From contig OX597814.1 in the NCBI GenBank assembly GCA_951406725.2, positions 67,828,001 to 67,892,000 of the forward strand: DNA of 64,000 nucleotides. Reading direction: 5' to 3'. The stretch's first letter is position 1. Each line of letters begins with the position of its first letter. The notes beneath the pieces are model-generated. The model did not search any database, was not told the DNA's origin, and saw nothing but the letters and a program-made list of their open reading frames with translations. The position numbers and the translations under genes are program-made. The DNA is from Octopus vulgaris (lineage: Eukaryota). Below, in pieces: positions 1 through 14,201 of this stretch.

Positions 1-343
1 ATTGGGACAGTCATATCAATGAGGAGGCATGTTCTTTGTCTGAAGTCTTTCAATATGATGTCTGGCCTATTTGCATCTATCTTTCTGACAGTTTGAATGG
101 TGAAGTTCCAGAGGAGTGAGATGTGGTCATTTTCAAGTACTGGAGGTGGATTGTGTTCCCACCAGTTTTTTTCATGGGGAAAATCCAGGTTTTTGCAAAT
201 TACCCAGTGAATATATTGTGCAGCTCTATCATGCCTGTTGAGGTACTCTGTAGGCGCAAGAAGACTGCATTTGAAGACAACATGATCAATGGTTTCATTT
301 TGTTGTCGGCATACACGACATGTTGGGCTACTGCCGTTCTTTA
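1..343 (-). mobile_element. R4/Dong-type RLE non-LTR retrotransposon, family B, 5'-truncated fragment running off the window edge
   Basis: Close DNA match to about 32253-32600 (CCHC finger, RHD and RPDII endonuclease region); abuts (TTA)n at 344. Confidence 0.85.
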
Positions 344-344
344 A

Positions 345-423
<79 letters not shown>
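344..423. repeat. (TTA)n microsatellite
   Basis: Direct reading. Confidence 0.98.
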
Positions 424-665
424 GCCTCTACGTACGTACGTACCTGTTAGTTGAAAGGAAGATGTAAAAAGAGAGAAATAAAACTTAAGCTGAAGAAGTA
501 TAGTTGACGTGAGAGGCAAAGCGATAAAGAGGAGTGAGTAAGAGGCAGTGAGAGAGACAGCGAGAGAGGGGGGAGACTGATAACGTTGAAAGGTTATTGA
601 TAACGAGTTAAACGCAGGAGGACGGTTAGGGGTAAAGAGACACAGAGGAGGGAGAGGAGAGAGAG

Positions 666-704
<39 letters not shown>

Positions 705-837
705 TGAAAGAAGGGAGTGGATAGAGAATAATAGTGAAAGAGAATGAAACCATTCTTATAGAGAAAATGCAGGAAAACTTTTCGTTTTGGACAATATATG
801 ATTAAGACACTGAAAACATGGAAATTGCAAAATGTTG

Positions 838-1115
<278 letters not shown>

Positions 1116-1142
1116 TTTATTTAAAGCAGCAGAAAATTCAAC

Positions 1143-1189
1143 AAAATCTGTTACTCTGAGTTTCTCGTTGCCGTTCATCAGACAGTTTT
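1143..1189 (-). ncRNA. Minimal type I hammerhead ribozyme
   Basis: Minus strand reads aaaactgt-CTGATGA-acggcaacga-GAAAC-tc-a-ga-GTA-acagatttt: full core, stem I ctgt/acag, tiny stem II, stem III actc/gagt, GUA cleavage triplet. Confidence 0.8.
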
Positions 1190-1321
1190 TGTTAGAATGG
1201 AACCGATATATCAATTCAATCCAGACTCTTACAAACGCCACACCTTTAAAAATGGACTTGTTTGATTGGCCCTTTAGAAATAACGGTCAATCTTCGAGTG
1301 ATAAACAAAAAATGAGCTCAA

Positions 1322-1353
<32 letters not shown>

Positions 1354-2336
1354 TATAAAAATTATAAAATTCGAGGAAAAACCTTACATTGAATAAAATA
1401 CATATTGACGTTAATGAAAGAAATATAATTAATACATGGAAATTAAAATGCATTATAAATATTACACTGCAATACATATTCATATTAAAGTGTACATATA
1501 TATATATATCAACATACACAGAAGGATGCGTGCAAACGCCATACATATACAGACGTATAAATATAAATATAAAATATACACACAAATGCATGCATACATA
1601 TGTATACGCAATCTATCTCGCACGCAAGTTAAAATCATGGATGCTAATGTAGTGTTCCTTATTTACGGAGCAAAGGTTAAGTGAGGGGGACGTAAAGTTG
1701 TATGCACCAGTATCATATAGTTAGAGAAAAATGTGAAAGAAAGGAAGAGAGAGAAAAAGGAACGAAGAAGGGGGAAGGAAAAAAGAAAAAGGGGTAGGGG
1801 TGGGTAAAAAACGAAATAAAAAAAATTATGTATACAAGCTGTGTAACCACGTTATTGACATATATATAGAGACAATTATACAAACACACACGTTCAAGTG
1901 GATACATACACATACAGCCGTGTATGTGTGTGCTTAAGCACAAACATACGCTCACTTACACATACACAGAGACGCATGCTTACAAATACATATCCATGGC
2001 TATACACATATTTACATCAAAATTCTAATTTTTGACAACGTTGCTTTTTTAAAAAATGGTGAGTGTAATAATGAAAAATATACGAAAGACATATAAAATA
2101 TAACACCCTATTTTGGATCATCTATAAATTAAAAATCAAAGTAAGCCTATACAATACAATAACATGAAATAAACAAAGCCGAAGGTTTTTCCTAAGGTAT
2201 ATGTAGAAATATAAACAAAATAAACAAAACATATGCATGAGACTTTGCTATACGGAATGAATCCATCGTCGCGTTTACATACTAGTCCAAGAGTCAAAAT
2301 CAAAATTTCAAAAATCAAAAATACAAAATATATACT

Positions 2337-3348
2337 CTATCCATATGGTATATTTATATTTGACATTTTAAATTTTGTTGCGTGTCTACATAAATTCATC
2401 AGCTCACTTCTTTGATTCAAAGAATTATTGTCCTTGAATAAAATATGCAGTTTCTCTAATAGGCAAAGATTGCATTTAAAATTATTCCTGTGTGCTCCAT
2501 GCCTGTATGGTGCCGCTCTGTCCAGAATGCTCCATGTCACGTTGAAAGGAAGGGTTTCCTTTTCTTTTAGTTCCCAGACATATTTTGCTAGGCTGGTCCT
2601 CTTCCTATTCTCTGGGTATCTAAATGAATTTTTATGCGAATAAAATCGTGTTTTAAACGAATTTTCTGAAGCCCCTGTATTCCGATGAGCCTTCTATTTG
2701 TACCTTGGCTCTATAAACTACTCCTTTTACGAGACATTTCCCTTCTAACAGACAGGAGGTTTCAATTTTGAAATTGCATTTCTTAATGGTCTCGGCACCA
2801 TGTTTAATCTCAATCAGATTCCTATTATGCTGGCTAATGTAAGAGGCGAAATTTCTGCAACAAGAATAGCTAACCTTCAGGGTTCTTCTATTAAATATCC
2901 TATAGAATTTATGGCCCTGCTTAAAATGCTTAGAGACTAATCTCAAAAATTCCTTACCTATATTAGTCTTTACGGCCAAATTGAAAGCCGGGTTGAACCA
3001 CAAAACTTTCCTGGTCCTAGTTTTTCGTGCAGCATTATTATCAGCATTAAGCTGGCTGTATTGGATCTTCTCAGAGAATCCACTATTCTTTAATGCGCTA
3101 TCGTAATAAGGTGCAGCATTATGGAATGCTGCCTCGTCCGAAGAAATTGAAGATATTCTTCTACCTACATTGCTCACTAAGTTCTTAAAAGGATAACTGG
3201 TAGATGGTTCGAATCTTTGCTAATATACGATTGCTTTTCATTGGGCTTACAGAAAGGTTCAAATCTATCCGACCTTACATTAAAATTTACGTCTAAAAAA
3301 TCTACACTATTCAGGTTAGCATCTATTGTAACTCGTAAGCCCATATAC
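2337..3348 (-). pseudogene. Penelope RT/GIY-YIG endonuclease ORF, frameshifted
   Basis: Three ORF-track segments align with the intact PLE protein at 57707-58900. Confidence 0.85.
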
Positions 3349-3869
3349 ACTTTATAATTAGGGTTCAGCAAAGATTTGCTTTACCACATACCGAAGCTTA
3401 GAAATAGCAACCAAAAAACCTTAGCTATTTCTTCTACTTTAAAAAGGGACTCTCAGAAAAACCAAAATACTTGAAAACAATTCACGCAGGCAGAGAGGAA
3501 AAATAACGAAAATCAATCTATATCAGGTCACACATGTACGCGTTTCGGAATTAGATCGGTATAAAGAATATAGAATTATACTTTACCCAACCATTTTCTT
3601 CATCAGCATGGGACTCCAACAATATTAAATATTAAAAATATTAAATTCGAAGGCACTTGGTTTTTCTGAGAGTCCCTTTTTAAAGTAGAAGAAATAGCTA
3701 AGGTTTTTTGGCTGCTATTTCTAAGCTTCGGTATGTGGTAAACCAAATCTTTGCTGAACCCTAATTATAAAGTATTACTATTAGTTTACCGTGAAATGGT
3801 CCTTTTCATGCCGAATTCTACTTGGTGAAATTATTGATTACTCTTAATTAATTAATTTTACCCTTTGTT

Positions 3870-3872
<3 letters not shown>
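3349..3872. mobile_element. Miniature inverted (foldback) PLE pseudo-LTR unit
   Basis: 3349-3464 is the reverse complement of about 3657-3773; hammerhead in the loop; right arm extends about 100 nt to (TA)n; same family at 59584-60000. Confidence 0.7.
3527..3614 (-). ncRNA. Type I hammerhead ribozyme with long stem II
   Basis: Minus strand: gtcccatg-CTGATGA-(about 53-nt imperfect hairpin agaaaatggttgggtaaag...ctttataccgatctaattcc)-GAAAC-GC-GTA-catgtgtgac; palindromic ACGCGT stem III. Confidence 0.75.
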
Positions 3873-3924
<52 letters not shown>

Positions 3925-4320
3925 GGTGTCCCCAAAAAATGTATGCACACTTCAAGCAATTGTAAAGTAGTTGTTTATTAAAAGACACTTCATTTTCAAA
4001 ATTAAATAGAATCTACAGACATTATTTTATTGTTTTGTCAATGCCTGTTTTCAAACTGATGTCCGGTCTGGTCCAGGCACTGCTGACAACGCAAAGGAAT
4101 GGAATCACAAATATCACAAAAGAATTTGTTTGGTATTTGTGTGCACTCTCGTCCAATGGCTGCTCTCAAATCAGCGACTTGTTTGTTTCATAGCGTAGAA
4201 TTTGTCTTTAAGGTATCCCCATAAAAAAGTTTAGTGGTGTGAGGTCTGGTGAATTCAACCATACCTCTTCATCCAATCCACCTGTTTAGCAAGATCTCAT
4301 CAAGGAAGGATCTAACATAG

Positions 4321-4912
4321 TGAAACGAGCTTGGTGAGTGAATATCTACTCTTGTACTTTCGGGGTACAAGAAAACAATCACTCACTAGCCGTTGCTTTA
4401 ATAATCTAGAATTCTACTAGTCAGAAACAACAAGACGCAGACGTAAAATATATATATACTACTTTATTCTCTTTCTTGGTAACAATAACAATAAGTGTGT
4501 TATCTGATGTCCTTGGTTCGGGGCGCGCAAGGCCGAAAGTTAATCGATTGTAATATTTACGATATTCAGCGGCTAAAACCAGAACGGATTCAAGATGGCG
4601 TCGAACAATGGAGACGATGTTGGTCTGCAACAATTTGGTTAAAGCCCTTTTGGTAAGGACTGCTAGAAGCTAGTTCGAACGGAGAGAAAATATATCGCGA
4701 CCGTTGCCTTCGATAGCCATGTCTCAAAGTCCCCGCTGACTGCTGCTAGTGGTCAAACGTTCTACGATCCCCCTGCCTTGGCCAGGGTCGTGCTTCCGGT
4801 GGTTCGCGCATGCGCGAGAGGGCCCTTCCTTTCTGTGCCTTGGTAAAGGCACCAACACGCGCGAAATACAAATGGACGGTGCGCGAGCGCGCACCGCTAT
4901 AGGATCACTACA
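4321..4912 (-). repeat. 3' LTR
   Basis: Near-identical to 6456-7047; preceded on the minus strand by the PPT GGAGGGGAGCC (4913-4923). Confidence 0.93.
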
Positions 4913-6435
4913 GGCTCCCCTCCAGTGCGTACGCACGAAAGGAAACTTATTGTAGTGACTGCAAAACTCAAGGTGGACACCAGATAACCAAACAGCACAC
5001 AATAATATAATGGCAAAATTTATAACATACACAAGAAATTTACTAAAGGAAAAAGAGAAAAAATACTCAATGAGCAAAAATCAAGAGTGCATGCATGAAA
5101 GTGTATACGTCACAAAGTATAGAGCCTTCCGCTGTAGGAAACGGAGGGAAAGCAAAACTCACAGTCAATGAACCTAGGCGAAATTAAATCCAACTTCTCT
5201 AAAGGTGGTTAATCCTGCAAAATAGCAGTTAAATCAATTGCTGCAGGAGAGGAAATGGAATTGGCAGAATAGATCGCTAGCAACACAAAAGGCAAAAGTG
5301 CAAACATGCGGGTGTGATGCGCGACACAGATAATTTTCTGTTATTTACGTGACCAACAGTGGTCTAACAGGGAAAAATAATTACGCCTAACCATGGCGCA
5401 GCGCATGTGAACATCCGACGTCCTATGAGTCGGGAAAAACTAAGCCACTGCAAACGTGTTGCAAAAAACAAGGCAAACACACGTGCGAAGCAAAAGGCGC
5501 ATGAAATGCAATAGAGCTTACCAGACCGAAAAACAGCAATGAATATGCCGGTGGTTGAGCGATTATATGCCTCGTTCGCACAGGAACAAAAGTATGACAT
5601 GCTGGCGCGTTATAATGGACAAACAACCCTCTCTATGTATACGTGACCGCTAAGGTCTATAGAAATGAGGGGTGTCCACAAAAGGCAAATTTAGCATGGA
5701 ACAAAACAAGCGAGAAAAGCATGTGTGACGTATGTATGTGAGAGAGTGCATTTATGTGTGTGTACGTGTGTGCGACAAAAATACATACAAGGTGAATGCG
5801 AGCAAAAAAAATAAATACAGCGCATAGAAAAAATGTCTCTCAAGTGCTATTTCAAACAAGAATTAATTTACCAGTCTGTAATAGCCTGATGTACAATAGC
5901 AGTTCGTTCTGTAACAGAAATGTTGAAATCACAATTGCAGATGCCGGTTGAACACATATCGTGTAGCGGTTGTGGCTTCAATGCTGTGACAGGTTAACTG
6001 GAACAGAAGAAATCTCGTAGATAGTGCTGGGCTGTGAATTCTTGGTGTGCTAATGCACAAACGGCAAGTGGACCAAACTTCCGCGAGTTGCTATGTACAT
6101 CTTGTGGAGGTCGACGGTGTTGAAAGGCGACGGTGGTGGTGGCGACTGTAGTGGACTTGAGACAACATCGTTCTTAGTGATGATGGCGACGAAGATAGCG
6201 ACAACGTGAAGTAGAAAGACGACGATGATGATGACGAAGGTGGAGAAAAGGCATCGAATATATGATGGCGTCCGTCATCATGGCTGTAGAATAAGAAAGA
6301 GGCTCCTTCTACAACTGTTTGTGGTGGCCGGAAACAAATCGTCGAAAGTTGAATGCGTAGAGTTAAATCGTGTTCCGACTTCGCAGAAAAACTGGATTTT
6401 TTTTTGTTGATAAGTGATCTCTGGTTTTAGACCAG

Positions 6436-6454
6436 AATCACGTCGGGGTCACCA
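6436..6454 (-). promoter_or_regulatory. Primer-binding site complementary to the tRNA-Trp 3' end
   Basis: Minus strand TGGTGACCCCGACGTGATT, 1 nt after the 5' LTR; complements the animal tRNA-Trp end AATCACGTCGGGGTCACCA. Confidence 0.88.
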
Positions 6455-6455
6455 G

Positions 6456-7047
6456 TGAAACGAGCTTGGTGAGTGAATATCTACTCTTGTACTTTCGGGG
6501 TACAAGAAAACAATCACTCACTAGCCGTTGCTTTAATAATCCAGAATTCTACTAGTCAGAAACAACAAGACGCAGACGTAAAATATATATATACTACTTT
6601 ATTCTCTTTCTTGGTAACAATAACAATAAGTGTGTTATCTGATGTCCTTGGTTCGGGGCGCGCAAGGCCGAAAGTTAATCGATTGTAATATTTACGATAT
6701 TCAGCGGCTAAAACCAGAACGGATTCAAGATGGCGTCGAACAATGGAGACGATGTTGGTCTGCAACAATTTGGTTAAAGCCCTTTTGGTAAGGACTGCTA
6801 GAAGCTAGTTCGAACGGAGAGAAAATATATCGCGACCGTTGCCTTCGATAGCCATGTCTCAAAGTCCCCGCTGACTGCTGCTAGTGGTCAAACGTTCTAC
6901 GATCCCCCTGCCTTGGCCAGGGTCGTGCTTCCGGTGGTTCGCGCATGCGCGAGAGGGCCCTTCCTTTCTGTGCCTTGGTAAAGGCACCAACACGCGCGAA
7001 ATACAAATGGACGGTGCGCGAGCGCGCACCGCTATAGGATCACTACA
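6456..7047 (-). repeat. 5' LTR
   Basis: Direct repeat of 4321-4912, followed by the PBS. Confidence 0.93.
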
Positions 7048-7810
7048 ATAGCAATGGTAGTGTGGGGGTGCCCCATCTTGCTGAAAATAAAACTCCTCAT
7101 CTTCAAAGTCTACTCTAATGCTTGGCATAACAGACTGTTGCAATAAGTTCAAGTAAACGGGACCAGTCACAGTAGCATAACAAAAGAATGGTCCAATTAA
7201 TCCTCTTGATGATAAACAACACCACACAAATATCAAATTAACCTGGTGTTTCACCATAACATGCAGATTCTCAGGACCCCAGTAGGTACAATTGTGGCAG
7301 TTAATTGAACCATTTAATTTGAATGTGGCTTCATCACTCCACACAATCTTTGTTGGAAAGTGTGCAGCTTCTACACATCGTTCCAAGTACCGCTCGCAAT
7401 GCTGCACTCTTTCGTCTGGATCATCATCATTAATAGCATGGACTAATCTTGGAATGTAACTTTTCCATTCACAATGCTTCAAAATGCATTGGACAGATGA
7501 TTTTGGAATACCTACCTCATGACTCGCTTTGCTGCACAGATTTTCTTGGACTTTGGTGATTCATTTCCAGTACTCCTTGCTTTGTTGGGGTTGTTGATGT
7601 TCGGGGTCTTCTGGAATGCTTATCGTGGACATTCTGAACAGTTCCATCAGCTTCAAACTTATCTCTAATTCAAGTGATAGGGAGTTGCATTGGAGGATCT
7701 GTTTGAAACTCCCTCCCCAACTGTTTTTGCACTTCAACTGCATTTTCACACCTCCTGTATCATTTTAGAATGAATTTTCTTTGTTCAAAGCTTAATCTGA
7801 CTGCCATCAT
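7048..7810 (-). pseudogene. Tc1/mariner transposase, N-terminal part (C-terminal part at about 4060-4320)
   Basis: Start MMAVRLSFEQRKFILK near 7810; WSDEA and QDGA catalytic motifs; stops and frameshifts; ORF 6859-7482 is a chimera running into the LTR. Confidence 0.85.
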
Positions 7811-7898
7811 TAAATCCTATAGGTTTCATCTGGAAAGAAAAAATATCAATTGAGTTATCAGCTGCTAAAGTGTGTATACATTATTTTGGGACACCCTG

Positions 7899-7910
7899 TA
7901 TATATATATA

Positions 7911-7997
<87 letters not shown>

Positions 7998-8103
7998 GTC
8001 TGTCTATTTGTCTGTCTGTCTGACAGCTATTCTGTTCTGTCTATCTGTCTGTCTCTAACACATTCTCTTTCTCCCTCTGTTTGTCTTTCTCTCTCTCTCT
8101 CTC
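7899..8103. repeat. (TA)n/(TCTG)n/(TCTA)n/(TC)n compound microsatellite
   Basis: Direct reading. Confidence 0.95.
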
Positions 8104-8455
8104 AACAAATATTCTGTAGAATATTTAAAGGGAGACGTAGAAAGAAAAAGAGAAATAAATATGGTGTTCGTTTTGTGTTTTTAAGTGTTAATCAGTATTT
8201 TCAGAGTAGACACATACATAACCACAGCAAACATTAGATGTTACTTTTACTTTCTTACAATTACCGTATTCTATATACTAGGTCCTCAACCAATATTGGC
8301 TATTACTTTTACTTTTCTAAACTGTAATTGGATATTACTTTTAAAGATGCTTACAATTTTTTGTATTTCGTAGAATTTCCCAGGGTTCTTATACATAATT
8401 ATTCGATAGTTATTAAATGAAGTCATTATTTACTGATGCATATATTTTTTGTTTC

Positions 8456-8482
8456 CCGTAAAGTTTTCACGGATCCAGCTAG
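8456..8482 (+). mobile_element. Helitron-like 3' terminus (hairpin then CTAG)
   Basis: ccgtaaagttttcacgg-atccag-CTAG; near-identical motif at 35611-35637. Confidence 0.55.
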
Positions 8483-8856
8483 CTCTGTGTGCCTTGGGTA
8501 TGTGCTGTGATTTGTTGTGATGCTCTGATGGTTATTGTATGGAAAGTGTTCTGCGTAGGATGTGTGCAGTGCCTAGTAGTGCAATTTTCTGTATGTTATA
8601 TGTGTTTGTAAGTCCTGGTGTTTTTGTTATGTATTTGTCTGAATATTTTTTTATCATGCCTAATGCACCTACTATGATAGGAATTGTTTCTGTTTTCATG
8701 TTCCACATTCTAGTTACCTCTATTTCCAGGTCTTTGTATTTTGAGAGTTTCTCCATTTCTTTTAGAGACACGTTATCATCTGCCGGTATTGATACATCAA
8801 TTAGAAAGCATTTTTTTTCTTCATGATCTCTAACAACTATATCTGGTCTGTTGGCC
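8481..8856 (-). mobile_element. R4/Dong family A, short 3' fragment (RLE C-terminus)
   Basis: ORF 8532-8771 KEMEKLSKYKDL..IIVGALG; followed by (TTA)n. Confidence 0.9.
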
Positions 8857-8923
<67 letters not shown>

Positions 8924-8926
<3 letters not shown>

Positions 8927-9040
8927 TAGTTTTATTTTTATTTTTATAGCGTGCTTTCACTTCACTACCGAGCGCAGCTCTGTGTGCCTTGGGTATGTGC
9001 TGTGATTTGTTGTGATGCTCTGATGGTTATTGTATTGTAT
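8924..9040 (-). mobile_element. R4/Dong family A, 3' UTR-only insertion (about 110 bp)
   Basis: cagtagttttatttt...gctctgatggttattg matches the 3' ends of other copies; (TTA)n on both sides. Confidence 0.85.
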
Positions 9041-9041
9041 G

Positions 9042-9124
<83 letters not shown>

Positions 9125-9129
9125 TATTA

Positions 9130-11957
<2,828 letters not shown>

Positions 11958-11974
11958 GGCGGTGAGCTTCTCAG

Positions 11975-14095
11975 CCGTTGTTAGGATTTTGCTTTGCTAA
12001 TTTCTTTTCTGTTTAGCTTACCCTAATTTGCCATGAAGGGGCTTTTGCCATCGTTTTATCATGATCCGTTGCAGTTCCAGTTTTAGTCTGGATTTCAGTT
12101 GTTTTACAGCCTTTGTTGTTTCTTCTTTATCTTCATAGTTGTTAGGTACTATGACTTCTTTTTGTATTTGTCAGCTTCCTTAAAGGCTGAAAATGTTTTT
12201 TTGTTTTGTTCGTGTGTTGCAGCTATTTCTATTAGTTTTCTTTGCTTCTGAAGTAGGTATTTCTGTAGTCCTATGGTGATTATTTTGTAATAGTTTTCTA
12301 GCTGTATAAGGCCTCTACCACCTTCGATACGTTGCATTTAGAGCCTTTCTGTCAGATTTTGGTGGTGCATCCAAAATCTTGTCATTCTTTTTCTTGTTTT
12401 CCTGTCTATTTTGATTAGCTCATTTAGAGTCCAGTTAAAAACAATGTAGCTGTAATTTATAACTGGGACGGCTAGAATGTTATTACCTATTATCTCGTTG
12501 CGCTCTATTTTCAGTATTAATCTGACTCGTCTATAGTATTCCTTTTTTATTTTCTCTTTCATTTGTGTGTGTTGCATCGAATCTAGTTCATTAATTCTTA
12601 AGTATTTGTGTCTGTCTTTGGTCTAATTCTCTTACTTCATTTGCTTTATCTAGTGTGATATTGTTACGATTAACTAGCCTTCCTCTTTTCAAGGTAGCTT
12701 TGGCACATTTTTCTAAGCCAAATTTCATGTTTATTTCATTGGTAAATCCATGTACTGTCTGTAGTAACGTTTCCAGCTGTTTATCATTTGTAGCATACAG
12801 ATTTAGATCATCCATATAAAAGAGGTCCCTGGAGTATTCCTCTTCTAATGGGGATAGCTTTGGCTTTTATGAGTCCTTTTGTCTGGAGCTGTAGCACTCT
12901 GCTATTTATTCATGGAATGTTTTATATATTTTATGATTATTGGTGCTACCTAGTTCATGGCTAGTGTTTTTGGATCCATGTGTGGGGAAAGCTATCAAAA
13001 GTGTTTCGGTAATCGATCCAGACTATACTCATACCCTTCTTCTTTCTGCGGTTGTCTTAAGTTATAGCATTATTGATCAGTAGTTGATCTTTACAGAGGT
13101 ACGAGCCTTTGCATCATCCCTTCTGCTCTTCTGGAAACAGGTTGTTTCCTTCCAGATGTTTGCCCATTCTCTGCAATATGATTGCAGTAAGGGCTTTGTA
13201 AATTGTAGGGAGACCAAGTTATCGGTCTGTAATTTTGTGGGTTTGCCGTTTCAGTGGATTTTGGAATTAGGATAGTTTTCCCTTCAGTAAGCCATTCAAG
13301 CATCATCTCTGGCTCTGCTAGTATTTCTCAGCAAGCTTTTTATGTATTTCTTTTAGATATTTTAGCCAGAAGTTGGGGATCTTGTCGTGCCCCGGTGCCT
13401 TCCAGTTGCTTAGTTTTTGCAGTGCTTGGCTGACCGCTTCAGCTGTTATAGGGGTCCAGAGTTATTCAGGTGCTGTGTTCGTTGTTTTGACAGATCTTTT
13501 CTGAGGTTGTTCCTTCGCCGACCATATTTCTTTAAAAAATTCTTCAACTTCTGTTGGTGCTGCATTGATCTCTTTTTATTTTTGCCAAGTTCTTGGTAGA
13601 ATCTTTTGGGGTTGGAGTTGAACTATTTGTTTTGTTCAAAGAAGTGTTGGCGCTTCTCATACTGGCAGAGTCTTTGTGCTTTGGTGAGGATATCTTGCTT
13701 TAGCTCTTCTTTTACCTCATTTAGCCTGGTCATATTCACATTTGTCTGTGGCTATTAGTTCTGTGATGGCCAGGTTCATGCTATTTATTATTGATGTTTT
13801 ATTATCAATTTTAATCTTTGGGAGGCAAATCGGTGATCCATGCTGAGATCTGTGGCTTTCAATTCTTTGATTATGCTCATTTTTAGAGTATCGTAATCAT
13901 TAGTTTCACCTCCACTGTTTCTATGTTTTAGATTTATTTCCTATTCCGTCCCGTTCATATTTTTGTCTATGTCGTTCTGGTTTGGTGCATTTTGTTTATC
14001 ATGATATATTCCTAAGGTCTGGGTTTGTTGTCTTTCGTTGTTTACTTCGTTTTTGTTGGACATGTTCCGTCTGTCTTCGTATTTTACAGTCCCAT
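11975..14095 (-). mobile_element. R4/Dong family A, older internally deleted copy
   Basis: Degenerate RT pieces 13091-13306 (YRPIT), 12591-12815 (YMDD) and 12149-12577; 3' end lost next to a SINE head stub aaggcggtgagct at 11956. Confidence 0.85.
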
Positions 14096-14103
14096 TATTA
14101 TTG

Positions 14104-14198
<95 letters not shown>

Positions 14199-14201
<3 letters not shown>

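Larger units (their letters stand above)
1114..3348 (-). mobile_element. Penelope-like element, 5'-truncated (RT C-terminus, GIY-YIG, long 3' region with hammerhead)
   Basis: ORF pieces 3177-3348 (VDFLDV), 2653-3177 (RKVLWFNP, CLLEGKCLVKGVVYRA) and 2337-2540 (WSILDRAAPY..CNLCLLEK..LNQRSEL..CRH); 1114-2135 is homologous to 49950-50860; ends in (TA)n. Confidence 0.8.
4321..7047 (-). mobile_element. Non-autonomous LTR retrotransposon (Ty3/Gypsy-like)
   Basis: 592-bp direct repeats 4321-4912 and 6456-7047 reading TG...CA on the minus strand; 4-bp TSD ATAG (4317-4320, 7048-7051); PBS and PPT present; no long internal ORF. Confidence 0.92.
3922..7898 (-). mobile_element. Tc1/mariner-superfamily DNA transposon, interrupted by an LTR element
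   Basis: TIRs cagggtgtccc(c)aaaa..atgtat.cacactt at both ends, flanked by TA repeats; transposase motifs [13 protein letters not shown] and [10 protein letters not shown], with SPDLTPLNF at about 4225-4255. Confidence 0.9.

Noticed and set aside
4497-4560. Hammerhead-like string in the LTR (CTGATGT-ccttg..caagg-ccGAAAG..GTA), which would suggest an LTR retrozyme
   Set aside because: A9 is missing, stem III closing pair is mismatched, stem I is only 3 bp, and it lies antisense to the element
6859-7482. 207-aa ORF as an intact gene
   Set aside because: Chimera of a transposase fragment and LTR sequence across the insertion junction
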